From contig OZ076410.1 in assembly GCA_964187785.1 (NCBI GenBank), positions 23,746,001-23,810,000 of the forward strand: a stretch of 64,000 nt of DNA, in the 5' to 3' direction. Below, in pieces: positions 50,330 to 62,823 of the stretch. Positions within the stretch are counted from its first letter, which is position 1, and each line of letters opens with the position of its first letter. The DNA is from Amphiscolops sp. MND2022. Taxonomy: Eukaryota. The translations under genes and the position numbers were made by a program. Under the pieces are notes generated by a model that worked only from the letters and a program-made list of their open reading frames with translations, did not search any database and was not told the DNA's origin.

Positions 50330-53300
50330 ATGAATCCCCAGGAACAGGTAATATAACCTTAACTAATACTACTTTAAATGTTGAAAGCAATTTAGGTGAA
50401 TCTAACTCAGGAAATCGTCTTGTAGACCCAAGCCAAATCAGTAAAGAAATACAAGCTTGGACTGAGATTTTCGAACAGCGAAATAACAATAGAATATCGA
50501 AAATGAGAGAAGAGATGGAAAATAAACTGAACGCAATTCTGAAAGAGATAAAATCAAACAAAAGTGTATCTATTGTCACGAATCCTAGGTCTGATACAAA
50601 TGAAACTGAAAATACCCAACTTTCTGGGTCCAAAAATAAAAAGTCTATGGGAGTTAGCGCGCCTAATTTCATAAACTCAGATCCGGAATATGAAGATTAT
50701 CCTCTTAAGGCTTCAGATTTGAGAGACCTACAACGTCCTGCTAAACCACTCTTTCAAAGCGAAACGGACTTAGATGCTACAGTAATTTCAAACGAAGATT
50801 CTGAGCCGGAGGAGTATCACATGGTGACAGGAGCCAATCGACAACTCCATAGACAAAGTTTTCAAAACCCCAACCTCTAAATGATAAACCTGCATCCAAC
50901 GCAGATCGCAACACATCAAAATCAACGACAAATCCACTAGACCCAGTTAATCAGATAGCACTATCAATTGAAAAACTTGCAAACAAAAACACTCCCCAAT
51001 CGTTATTTCACCCAAAAAACACACTCACATTCAACGGCAAAAATGAGAAAAATGACCAAATTGAATATTTCGAGGAACTATTTCATACAACGTTTCGAAT
51101 GCAACCCAACCTCACAGAGGAAATGAAAATCAACCACTTTCACGCCCCACTCAGAGGACTAGCGCTAAAAACATTTAAAAACATCCAAAGAACCCCCCAT
51201 ACAACATCCCCAGAAAATACGTAAAACCAGAGTCTAGTGCTTCAGTAAAACATAGATTTCACAGATTATCTTTCTAACAGGAAAACCAAAAACTCCTAGA
51301 CTTCTTAGAAGAACTCCAGGAAAGCGCCGAAAAAGCATTTGGAGAAAATGCACATCAAATGATAGAGAATTTGCTCTATGCCAAAATGCCCCCACATCTT
51401 AAAAAGTCCATCAACCAAGCATACCTTGAAAATGGCAATAATGACCAAATCGTCAAACATCTCGAAAGAGAAATGGAACTAAACGGTTTAGAGGCAGATG
51501 AACCCCTCGTTACAACCCAAATAACCGTTACCAAAAGGGAACAAAACACCGAAAAACCAAACAAAAAACAAAATGATAAAGCCAAAAACAAACTCCAAAA
51601 ACAGTACCCGATAAAACTTTCAAGAATGACCAATGCCGTTACTGCAAAGAGACAGGTCACATGATGACTGTTTGTCCAAAACTAGCCAAACGGCGTAAAC
51701 TTGAGGAGGACCCCGACGCCGAAAAATGCCAAAATTGCAATACTCCTGGACATGATGAAGAAAACTGTTACTTCGGTGCAAATATGGAAAATTGTCCTCC
51801 TAATTGGAACCTCACAGAAGCTCAGAAAAAAGTTTTTGAAACCTATAAACAAACCAAAAACCCATCAAACCAAAAATGGACCAACCACACCACTCATCCT
51901 CTAAAGATTTAAACTAAAATCGCCACGCTTTTACAAAAAATCACCACAAAAACAAAACTCATCAGATGACTGGCAGCATCAGTTGAGCCCAAAACCGACA
52001 AAAATAGCAGTTTCGAAAACTGACCTAACAACGCAAAACTCACAAAACTCATTATCAGACACTCAACTCGAAGACTTATACGACCTCCTACAAGACACAC
52101 CAGACAACTATTTCGCAAAACCATCAACTCACTCTCACATTGACTCTCAAATCCAACTCACAAACCCAACAAGACATCACGTAACAATTACACCTTCTTG
52201 CAACGAACAAAAACAACCTCTTCTAGATGAAGACATCTCAAACCACATCCAGTTTGACCACGAACGCAACCTGTCATACCTACCTATGTCAACCTCGCTA
52301 ACATTGAAACGCAAGCGTCACATGTACTATATGCCAATGGACTTCGAAAAACTCACACTTGATGGACTCATCGACACAGGAGTCCTGACTAGTGCCATTT
52401 CTGAACAAGACCTTAACAAAATCAAATATAAATAAATAAATAAATAAAGAAATAAATAAATAAAAAAATAAATAAATAAGTATAAATAAAAGATACTGGC
52501 CTACCGCCACGACAGCATTTTCATCACATTGTCACTAAGCACAATCAACAATAATGCTATCGGGTACCAAATAATCAACTTCTCAGAACTACCATATACA
52601 ATAATCTGTGATACCCATTTGGCAGATTTCAAAATCCTCACACCAGAACAAATCAAGCATATACAACCTGTAGACCGAGCAATGTTATCACTCAAGATAC
52701 AACATGAAGATACAACTGAAATCTATATAAACGAACCCCTGAAAGTTCCACCACAAATCCCTAACCAAGAACCCTTTGGTTCCCAACAAAATCCCTGACC
52801 AAGAATCCTATTGGCTCCCAACACCAGAAGAACCAGGGGATCCTACAACTATACTCCAATCCAACAACGAATCTACAATGAACTCCTTGAACTGAGGGAG
52901 CGCGAACAGCTCAACCCTCAAGATAATGAAGAATCAAGAAAATCATTCCTCTCAAAGTTCGACTGGACCGACACAACCCTCACTGCAGATGAGCGGAAAC
53001 AAATCGAAGAAATCCTCATTGAATTTCACGACATTTTTGCCATACACCGATTTGGCATTGGAACCAATCGCGAATTCAAGGTCAAACTCACACCAAACAA
53101 CGATAGACCAGCATATAGCCAAAGTTTGCCAACATCAATCAATCTTAAGGATGACATCACGGTCAAATTGGCACTTCTACACAAATATGGAATCATAACA
53201 ACACTACCTTTCTCTAAATATGCTAGTCCAATTTTTGCGCAACGCAAACCAAGCGGACGACTCGGACTCTTAGTGGATCTCAGGAAAATCAACAACTTAA

Positions 53301-56300
53301 TCACTGAAGACTACATCAACAATAACCTCCCGGTAAGCACACTATCGGACACAGCACAACATATGGCAGGCAAAGAGCTTTTCTGCAAATTAGACTGCTC
53401 CCAAGCTTACCACTACCTTCAAATGGCCGATTACAAATCCATTCAGATGCTTGCTTTCAACTTCGCAGGCCGAACCTTCGCCTATCGACGACTTGCCCAA
53501 GTACGTAGCAGATCTCTTTCGGCCTTCTCAAGCTTCATGAGAGAGTATCTTGACAAAGCAATCAAAGCCGACCAATGTGCACAAAATGTCCATGATATCG
53601 GCATAACAGCAAACGATGCAAAACAGTTATGTGCCAACATTAGGACAGTTTTTGAATGCGTCAGAAATTCAGGTCCAAAACTCGCAATAACCAAATGCCA
53701 CTTTGGAGTCAAACAAGTCGACTTCCTAGGTCGTACAATTACACCTGCAGGCAATGCTCCTCAAGCTGTCAAAGTCAAAAATTTCTTTTGAAAACTGAGA
53801 TTCCCCAAATCCAAAAAAGCACTCCAAAGGTTTATAGGATTCCTAAACTACTACCGCAATTACATCCCGAGACTCTCTGAACGTCTCTCTCCATTCTTCA
53901 AACTTCTCGAAGAATTCTCCAAAATCTTTTTACCTACGAATTTGGTAGAGAATTTCACCAACCTCAACAAACTTCTTGAAAACTCATGTCAATTAGCCTT
54001 GAGACAACCCCTCAAAGACAAACAACTCATAGTCATGTCTGATGCAAGCTTTACAGCAGCAGGATAGGCTATCATGATAGAAGATGATCCTAACCAAAAA
54101 CTCCAGTATAAACGTAAAACATATGCACCAATAGCATTCGGTTCTAAAGCGTTTAATCCAACGCAAAAGAAATTGTCAATGTATACAAAAGTATTTCATT
54201 CCATTTACTTTGCTTTCGTTGAATTTGGACACCTTATGTGGGGCAGCACTTTCCCAGTCATATTGTTCACAGACAACACGTCAGTTACCAGCTTCTTCCA
54301 AGCAAAACTCATTCCCCCAGCACTTTGGAATGCATGTGATTATGTCTTGCAATACAATTTTGTCATTGCCCATGTAGCTGATTCAATGAATGCTGCAGCG
54401 GACTTCTTGTCCAGAACAGAAGTTAACCTAGTCGAGAAACTCAAGATGAGCATCGGTAACGATATTCAAACGAAAGCAATCGAAGTCAACATACAATCAT
54501 CGGGTGTAGTAGAAGAAGAACAAATCTACATCCTTCACGATAATAAATTTGACGAAAACAAACTTTGGAAAGAAAAACAAAGCGTGAGAAATCTGGCCCA
54601 AACTGAAACCCACAATGATCCAGAAAACAATGTCGCTGAACTCCAACATTTTCATAAACCATCATCAGGTCTGAACACCTGTTCTGAAGGACATTTCCGA
54701 GATAATGCACGAATTAGACTTGAACAAAACAATGACATCGTCCTCAGGAACCTGAGAGCCAAATTAAAAGGTAACCCCTTCGACGAAAACGACTTGGCAT
54801 CCGACTGCAGATACTAACACTATCTCCAAAGCGTCATAAGAATCGAAATAAAACAAGAGGTTCTGACACGTAAATATTATACAGACACAGGAACCACTTC
54901 GCATTATCGGATTTTACTGCCGACGCAACTTCTTGAAGAACTACTCCAAGCCTTACATGGACATAATTCGAACCATCAAGGCATCACGAAGATGATAAAA
55001 GAAGTAAGGCAGAAATACTACTACCCATGTATTGCAAAATACATTAGAAAATGGGTTAGTAACTGCCAAACCTGCATTCAAACCAAAAGAATTAACAACG
55101 ACCTTCTCAGGACCGAAATACTTAATTGCCCCGAATGGGATCTCAAATGAATATCTTACCCAATCTCCCACCCAGTGGTGGATATGACCACATAATAACT
55201 GCAATCGATGTCTTTTCCCGATATCTGTTTGCCTACCCAGTAACTCGCATCACTGCAACATCAGCGGCCCGAGTCATAATGGCCTTCTATGCAAACATAC
55301 CTACCTCCCAACAACAATCATCACAGATCTTGGCACACAATTCAATGCCCAAGTAACTCACGACGTTACAGCTGTCCTAGGTGTTGAGCTTAAACATGCA
55401 TCAATGAAGCATGCTCAAACAATAGGACTCCTGGAAAGAACCCATGCTTCAGTAAAAACGCAACTCAACGCAGCAACTGAGGATTTCCGACATAATTGGC
55501 ATAAATTCCTCTTGTTAGAAGTACTCAATCACGATACAACCTATAATGCATCACATGGTTGCGAGCCCTCACGAGTTTTTCACGGCCGCATACCACACAA
55601 CATACTAGATTACAAGTTGGGGTACAATCCTAACCCGAAGTATCAACCCCAAACCGATGTTGCAGAAGAAATACAAATAAGAATGAAAATACTACTAGAC
55701 CAGACCAAAAAGAACATAGTGCAATCCTATCTCAAATACAAAGCATATTACGATAGGAAAACAAAAGCATCAACGCTAGAAACAACAGACTACTGTTACA
55801 TGTTAAATCCGAAGGCTGACACACAAGCAACGAAATTCCCATTTCGGGAAATTAGATGGCGGGGTCCTTACAAAGTTGAGAAAGATCTTCCTAATAATAA
55901 TTATATATTTAGGAGACTAGGAACTAACAAAACACAACTACTTCACAGGATCCGCCTGAGGAAATTCATTCCACAAGCACCCTTCGCAGACATGTTTGTC
56001 CGTGAAACAGATTGGCAAAAAGATGACCAAATGCCTATAGCAAATGATGATCTATATGCCCAATCGTGGAACACGAATTTCGGATCTAACCCATTCGACG
56101 ATGGTCTGACAGACTCTTTACCACATGAAGAAGATACGGAATACGTTCCGATACAGATACCCGAAAAAGACCGCCGTCCCTCCCTCTCAATTCCAAGAAG
56201 TAGTGGGGGAGCCCAGTGGAACAGACCACTGAACCAGATCAAAACCATGAAATTCACACAGATGGAATTCCACAACAGATCAGTGAAGATGATCAAAATA

Positions 56301-56452
56301 CCCAAAAAACCCAAAAAGATATCAATAACTCACTAGAAGATAACGCCCAAAAAACCGCAGAAAATCCACAAAATACCCCAAACGCCCACCGTGAAAAATA
56401 CAACTTACGCCCTAATCCTAACCCTAATCACTCAGACTCATATAGATTCTAA
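50330..56452 (+). pseudogene. pol: Disrupted gag-pol of the second Gypsy element
   Basis: CCHC knuckles (CRYCKETGHMMTVC, CQNCNTPGHDEENC); protease LIDTG; RT (LLVDLRKIN, KLDCSQAYH, catalytic box decayed to NVHD); RNase H; integrase (AIDVFSRY, GLLERTH). Many frameshifts. Confidence 0.95.
52426..52495. repeat. (TAAA)n-like low-complexity tract interrupting pol after the protease
   Basis: Directly visible; the pol frame stops within it (at 52435) and pol-like sequence resumes after it. Confidence 0.85.
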
Positions 56453-56603
56453 AAAACACTGACAAACAAACTTTTTCTCAGTCTCTTTTCTAGAGCCCTG
56501 ATGTCTTAGCAACATCAAATTAATACTAGCCCCTTAGTATAGCTGAATCAACACTCATACAAATAAACAAAAACACAAAATTGCAACAAAAGATGTTTAG
56601 AAC

Positions 56604-57598
56604 TTACAAGTTAAACAATGACAAACTATGTAAAGAATCAGTTTTTCTTTCTCTTGGATGCCTTAGACTTGCTCTTAGTAGCACCCCTTCGACACACTCT
56701 TCCGAACAACGAGCGACAGTAACAGAGACATGCCCCAAAGAGGGCCCAGAGACGGGGGAGTTGCTGGAACTAGGAGTTCTGCTCTCGCTAGATGTCATGT
56801 CCAGAAATAAAGGTAAACCTTCCCCACGGAGCACGGACTTCTTGTAAGATGTCTCTAAATTCCCATACATAGCAGTGCGACGTAGTTCACTTCCATTGAG
56901 AAAATTCTACACTGAGAATTTTTATCGCGAATCAAGCCAGGTCCTCGCACAAGTAATCGGAATACGCGGCTGATGGTTTTTGGATCTTAATATAAGCTGG
57001 AAACATTGGGAACCGTGACATATGATAATTGCAGACTCCGTACTACAAAACGAAAAGAATACTCATCCGACTCTAAGCCCGAAATCGGGAGGTGGAACTC
57101 GGGAGGACTAGTAACAACAGGTGGCAGGCAAAGGCACGCATGTTTAAACAACTGGAGCAGCTCAGGCCGACACTGCATCTCATAGTGAGAAATGAGGAAG
57201 TGAATACAATCAGTGCTGCTAATTCCACTTTTTGAACGGAGTTTTACAGCAAATGAACGGTATTGGCTCACAGCCTTGACTTTGTCACTTGCTGTCATCC
57301 ACCCATTTGAGACGAAATAGCCTGTCAAACTTTCAATGGCAGAGAGATAGTTCTGTTCAGGTCCATCAAGTAGAACAGCATGATCAAATGATGAAAGTCC
57401 TCGCAAGAGATAAGATTTAAGTAATTCGTGATTAAGCAGTACTCCGCAAAAAGGTTTGCAGAAGGATAATGACTGCTCTACAAACTTACTTGGGCGTGGT
57501 AATCGGCTGGAAATTACAAGAGCTTGATAATCGGCACCCAAAATGAATTCTGCTGGAGTTTTGAAAGGCAAATTGGCAGCAGCGAGATCAATTTTCAA
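56604..57598 (-). CDS. Antisense ORF A in the Gypsy 3' region (203 aa intact; apparent continuation past one stop and one frameshift)
   Basis: ORF 56987-57598 continues after TAA as DPKTISRVFRLLVRGPGLIRDK, then shifts into ORF 56604-56870. Globular-looking composition; no recognisable domain. Confidence 0.55.
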
Positions 57599-57739
57599 AT
57601 AACTATCCCAATCTGTTGTCTGTCTCCAAGGAAGCTGTCAGGAAACAGATTCTGCAACTGATTGTAGACAAAGATCGAGAATTGATTGTAAAGTCGGAAC
57701 CTAAAGAAGGACCGAGAATCCACGTTATCATACGTTTTT

Positions 57740-57910
57740 CCGTATGCCGCACATCCGTTATTATGCGGAATTACAAACAGTGACTATGCGTCACTACGCA
57801 GAATTGCAAACAGTCACAATGCGTCACTATTCGGAATTGCAAACAGTCACTATGCGTCACTATACGGAATTACAGACTGCGACCATACGCTATTATGCGG
57901 AATCGTAGAA
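57740..57910. repeat. ~33-bp tandem repeats (ATGCGTCACTAT...GGAATTGCAAACAGTCAC)
   Basis: About 4-5 degenerate units, lying between the antisense ORFs. Confidence 0.85.
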
Positions 57911-58052
57911 AGTACTCATGCGTTATATTACTGAAAGTGTGTGATGATACATACGTTATTATACAGATTTGTTGACGCCAACAATACGCAACCATGCGGA
58001 AAATACTTTTTTAGAGATTGTTGACTCTATTAATGGATGAGTAAAACACGTA

Positions 58053-58766
58053 CTATGCTGCGTCTCCTACTGGTGATGAGGATCTATTGAAGCACGATAT
58101 ATAAGGAGTGAAACTATCAATTTGACAAGATCTATAAATGAATGAGTAAAGTTTAATGTATGTATATGTGGAAATTGTACTAACAAAGATCGATGACACA
58201 ATGTATGATGAACAGCCGAGCCAGATAGGCAGTGTCCAGCCGAAAACATTCGTCCAATGTATTGGGCTGAAAGAAAAAGGTATTTTTAGAACAGATAAAT
58301 GCATAACTAGATGAAGCAGTTTCAAAATAGTATGTACCTCTCTCATGTGGAAGCGATACGTTGGAAGCCTGGCAACCTGGTTGAGATGGTCACGAACCCG
58401 ATCCCAATTCTGTGAGAGGATCTCAATCAAAGGAGAAGCTTCATTGAGAGAGTACTGCAAGCTGATAACGCACTTGAAACAAATCGAAGTGAGTACAATG
58501 AAAAGAACGAATCGTAGGAAACAAGAAAAATGGTACAATACCTTATGCATTATAGGCAAGGACTGTAACCAGACTTTGTCCAGAGCCGTTCGCAATTTCA
58601 TGAGGGGGAAATCGAGGGTGCTCCTAAAATCGAGTCTCTCAATGATCTTAGCGGTTGGAAACGCTAGACACCTTTCGAATTCGCCTAAACCAAAGTTGTT
58701 GATGGATATAGATCGAGGATGGCCGGGTAGAGAGGTTGAGAGACAATAGCTGAGTCGTTCTCCCAA
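58053..58766 (-). CDS. Antisense ORF B in the Gypsy 3' region, 237 aa, unknown function
   Basis: Uninterrupted ORF with helical segments (IEILSQNWDRVRDHLNQVARLPTYRFHMREVHTILKLL) and two hydrophobic stretches. Confidence 0.5.
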   Translation of the reverse strand: MGERLSYCLSTSLPGHPRSISINNFGLGEFERCLAFPTAKIIERLDFRSTLDFPLMKLRTALDKVWLQSLPIMHKVLYHFSCFLRFVLFIVLTSICFKCVISLQYSLNEASPLIEILSQNWDRVRDHLNQVARLPTYRFHMREVHTILKLLHLVMHLSVLKIPFSFSPIHWTNVFGWTLPIWLGCSSYIVSSIFVSTISTYTYIKLYSFIYRSCQIDSFTPYISCFNRSSSPVGDAA

Positions 58767-59289
58767 ACCAATGAGACCAATACAAGGAGGCGGCGTCTCA
58801 AAAAAGCTGATAAATGAAGCAACTAGCGATAAAATTTTTAGTGGAATTACAATTCCTCGTGGACCGGTTCCGATGCAAACCTGGTGCAGGACATTTCCTG
58901 ACCAGAGGAAATCAGTCCCAAGGATCAGTGTTGGATCAGTGTTGGATCAAATGTGTTGGATAAGAATTCAGAGTTTGATAGATTACTGACTGGGCAACAG
59001 AAAAGAAACTGATTAACTTGACTTATGACAGACCAAAACGGCGAAATAAACGAAGTACAAAATGACAAAAAGCTTTAACGATATCAATGATGTAAAGACG
59101 TGGCGTATCAAAGGAAAGGCAAAAGCAACTGAACTTTAATTTGACAAAATACACACATTTGAGCTAAACGCTGATTGGTCAACTAATCATTCAATTTTCT
59201 TCTGCCAGAGTGACTGACTGGTTAATTGACAACTTTCAAGTTTATATAACACGCTGTAGCACAAAGCATACTCATTCCTGAATCATAGG

Positions 59290-59560
59290 TGTACAATATG
59301 CTGCATCTTGCGCATAAAGTGACAACGAGTATGCGGCATCATATGGAATCTATTAGGAATATATGCGGCATTATACGCATCCAGCAATTACGAGTATGCG
59401 GCATCATGCGGAAATCAATGTAGAGAGTATGCAGCATCAAACGCATTGAGAGAAAATGAGTATGCGGTAACATGCGGATTGCAACATAATAGACATGCAG
59501 TGGTGAACAGACCTTGTGAAATGAACACGCTGTATTAGACGAGTTGCTAATATGCGCGAG
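59290..59560. repeat. Degenerate ~30-bp tandem repeats with core GAGTATGCGGCAT
   Basis: Directly visible; the ATGCGG core also recurs within the LTRs. Confidence 0.75.
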
Positions 59561-60231
59561 AGTACGCCAACCAGCAACCATATTTGAGGTTGGCCGTGCA
59601 ACTGCATTGGACTAATATGGACAAACACATCACAATGAAGTCGTGTGTTTCCTTAAGCATTGCTGCTGCATAAAGAGGTACAAACAAGTATCACTAGGTA
59701 CCGGGTGAATTTCCAAAAATAGAATTTGAAAAACAATATTCTACATGCAAGCTATGATTTTTTAGAAATTGGTTGGATTAGTCATGTAAAGTATATTTAT
59801 AAATGTGTCTCATTGATTCTTTCATGAATAAAATTGCATGCAATAGATGATCCATTCATATTTTGTAAAAACCTGAATTGAGACGAATTTGTTCACGTCA
59901 AATTAAAAGAGCGTTGAAGTAAAATCAGGAAGATTAAACGAAAATTGCCAACTGATGGAGGTGGCGAATAACCCTCACCCATTTTGTTTATTTACTCTTA
60001 TGGATGAAAATTCAAACATGTTGTCGCACGAATATGGGAATGGGCGTCCCCCTAACCCATATGTGTTGATAAGCCTACGCAACCATGACACCCGATTTTT
60101 CCGCGGGAATCGGGGGAAATCGAGAAAAACTGAAGAAGAGGGTTACCATATGGCCTTAATTCACTTTCAATTCGGCTGCTCCTCAAAACTCATAATTTAG
60201 AGCATAACACAAATTCGATACAAATTCAAAA

Positions 60232-61287
60232 ATGAGCAAACTCCAGTTTAATCTTGATGAAGACAGCCTATACTCACCCATATCTCCTGATGGGATTGAT
60301 ATCTCCAGTGGATCAGAGGAATCGTGCTCAATTGCCCCCGGAAATGTCTCACAACTGAGAGAGAAATTTAGATTCAACCACGCAGGAAGTTATTTAATGT
60401 CGGCATTCGTGGGGTCATCATTGGCAACGCTGTTCCCTGATTCAGTTGTGCTAATAGAACGGAACGAACCTACAAGCGTATCAGGGACTCAGATAGAAAG
60501 AGACCTAATGGACCTGATGAACGACTCCGAAGAAAATCCTTCTGACTCGCCAGCTTCGTTCATCGATAGTGAGATCGAGGAGGGGAACCTGTTCCCTTGG
60601 ACTGAAGACAGGAATACAGAACGTAATACTAATCAATATGGTCGCCCATCAGCAAGAGTCTTGCCTACCATGAGAGAAAATCGTGATCAAGAAGGGATTC
60701 TACCAACGCCAACGGTTAGCCAGGCGCCTAACTACGAGTTAGGCCCTACAAATGCCCAGAATACATACATAAACGAACCAATGGACCAAGGGGTGCGTAG
60801 CGATGTGGTCCCATCACAAGAACTAACACCTGGAAACACTCAAGGATTTAACTTGTCACCCATGTTATTTCCTATTCCGATGAGTGAAATGACCCAAGAA
60901 ACTCCTCAGGCCCCGCTTCGAACGCAACCACCCATGCAGGTGGGGTCCCTTTTCAACGTGGTGCATAGCCCGAATGTTTTGCTAATACCTGCACAGGAGA
61001 GGCAAAGCATTAGACTGCTACCAACGATTATGCCAAATGTGGCAGGATACTGTGATTTCTGCGGAATATGTTTCGATCAGATAGCCCTTGAAATCTCCGG
61101 AGAACACCTGGTCGCCATCGAATTTGATGGTGAAACTGTCAAAGACAGGGCCATCAGGTCGAAGGCCTTCATTCACGGATTTGAAGCCGCCTTGTTCCTT
61201 TTCAAAAATGCGGGACTGTCGCATCCACCAAGATGCGATGGTTCCGCAGTGCAACTGCGAGAAGGAACAACCGGTGGGACCTCTTGA
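60232..61287 (+). CDS. 351-aa sense ORF just upstream of the 3' LTR, unknown function
   Basis: ATG-to-stop intact; acidic Ser/Pro-rich middle; C-terminal YCDFCGIC motif and helical end; ends 57 nt before the LTR. Confidence 0.65.
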   Translation: MSKLQFNLDEDSLYSPISPDGIDISSGSEESCSIAPGNVSQLREKFRFNHAGSYLMSAFVGSSLATLFPDSVVLIERNEPTSVSGTQIERDLMDLMNDSEENPSDSPASFIDSEIEEGNLFPWTEDRNTERNTNQYGRPSARVLPTMRENRDQEGILPTPTVSQAPNYELGPTNAQNTYINEPMDQGVRSDVVPSQELTPGNTQGFNLSPMLFPIPMSEMTQETPQAPLRTQPPMQVGSLFNVVHSPNVLLIPAQERQSIRLLPTIMPNVAGYCDFCGICFDQIALEISGEHLVAIEFDGETVKDRAIRSKAFIHGFEAALFLFKNAGLSHPPRCDGSAVQLREGTTGGTS

Positions 61288-62823
61288 ACAAACATTTCTA
61301 AACTCTAAAGGACCCATTTTAGACAATGCTTTCTGATGAAGTCATGTAAATTATTTGTTTGTTTTGTCTCCTAAATCTATTCGTTGGTTCAATTGTAGTC
61401 TTAACGGTGCTTCTTTGCTTACATAAAACCCATTCAAAAATGTAGCATGTGCTAAATTCTTGCATGAAGATGACCAATCTACCATCTCAATAATCATCAT
61501 GCAACATCATACTGTGTCTTGAACATCCAATATGCTGTAAGGAACACTTTTACAATATACAACATACGTCATCAAGCGTAAAAAGGTATTCAGCATATGC
61601 GGCAGTATGCGTTTTTAGATATGTTGCTTATGCGGTAATATACGTTTTTTATCTTTGTCACTATTCGTTATCATGCGTTTTGATTAGAATTGGATATACG
61701 TTATCATGCAGTATATGGTATTGTGTGTATGCAGTACTATGCGGTTTTTGACCAAAATTGAAATATTTAGGTGTCATGCAGTTAAGCATCATTCAAACAG
61801 TGTTTGTGACGTCTAATATATTGTTTTGCTGTGTTTCCGAGGGTCCGTAAGCTATGCAGTCATACTCGTGTGATTATAGAAAAGCTATAAATAGGATAAA
61901 GTAATACTCACGTTATCCTATTTTTCCGATTCCTAGGACCCATTGATGTTCTAAAGAGTGCTTGTCATCCTTTTATTTTGTTGAAATAGAAAGCTGTGAT
62001 AAAGACCCAATTGAAAAACAATCTTCACGAAGAGCAGTTGCTTTAATTCTATAGAACCTTGCAAACATTTCTTGATTTGTTCTATCACCCTTGGACTTGC
62101 TTTTCAATTTGAATTCTAAATTCCAATTCTTCCCCCAACAAACCTGATCAGTTTTTGATTGAACAAGATGGGAAATAAAAGAAATAGAAGATCTGAAAGA
62201 CTAGAAACCCCATCTCTCGAGAGAGAGGAAAACAGGACTAGAGATGAATCCCCAGGAACAGGTAGATAATCTTAACTAGTACTACTTTAAATGTTGAAAG
62301 CAATTTAGGTGAATCTAACTCAGGAAATCGTCTTGTAGACCCAAGCAAAATTAGCAATGTTATACAAGCTTGGACTGAGATTTTCGAATAGCGAAATAAC
62401 GATAGAATATCGAAAATGAGAGAAGAGATGGAAAACAAACTGAACGCAATTCTGAAAGAGCTGAAATCAAACAAAAGTGTATCTACTGCCACGAATCCTA
62501 GGTCTGATACAAATGAAACTGAAAATACTCAAACTTCTGGGTCCAAAAATACAAGGTCTATGGGAGTTAGCGCGCCTAATTTCATAAACTCAGATTCGGA
62601 AGATGAAGATTATCCTCTTAAGGCTTCAGATTTGAGAGACATACAACTTCCTGCTAAACCACTCTTTCAAAGCAAAACGGACTTAGATGCTACGGTAGTT
62701 TCAAACGAAGATTCTGAGCCGGAGAATTATCACAGACACGGAATCTTCACTTTGTTTTATTCACTTCACAATACGACACAGCAATATACACGATCTCTCG
62801 CTTATTCATACGCATACATTTGA

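Larger units (their letters stand above)
49484..62734 (+). mobile_element. Large (~13.2 kb) Gypsy LTR retrotransposon with long LTRs and extra 3' ORFs
   Basis: Direct repeats 49484-50821 and 61345-62734 (TG...CA; ~50-bp indel and scattered substitutions); PBS TGGTGACAGG at 50822. No TSD; shared homology extends ~135 bp upstream of both repeats, so the left LTR boundary is tentative. Confidence 0.92.

Noticed and set aside
58345-58989. Sense ORFs overlapping antisense ORF B
   Set aside because: Shorter and fragmented; treated as shadows, although strand assignment needs dN/dS confirmation.
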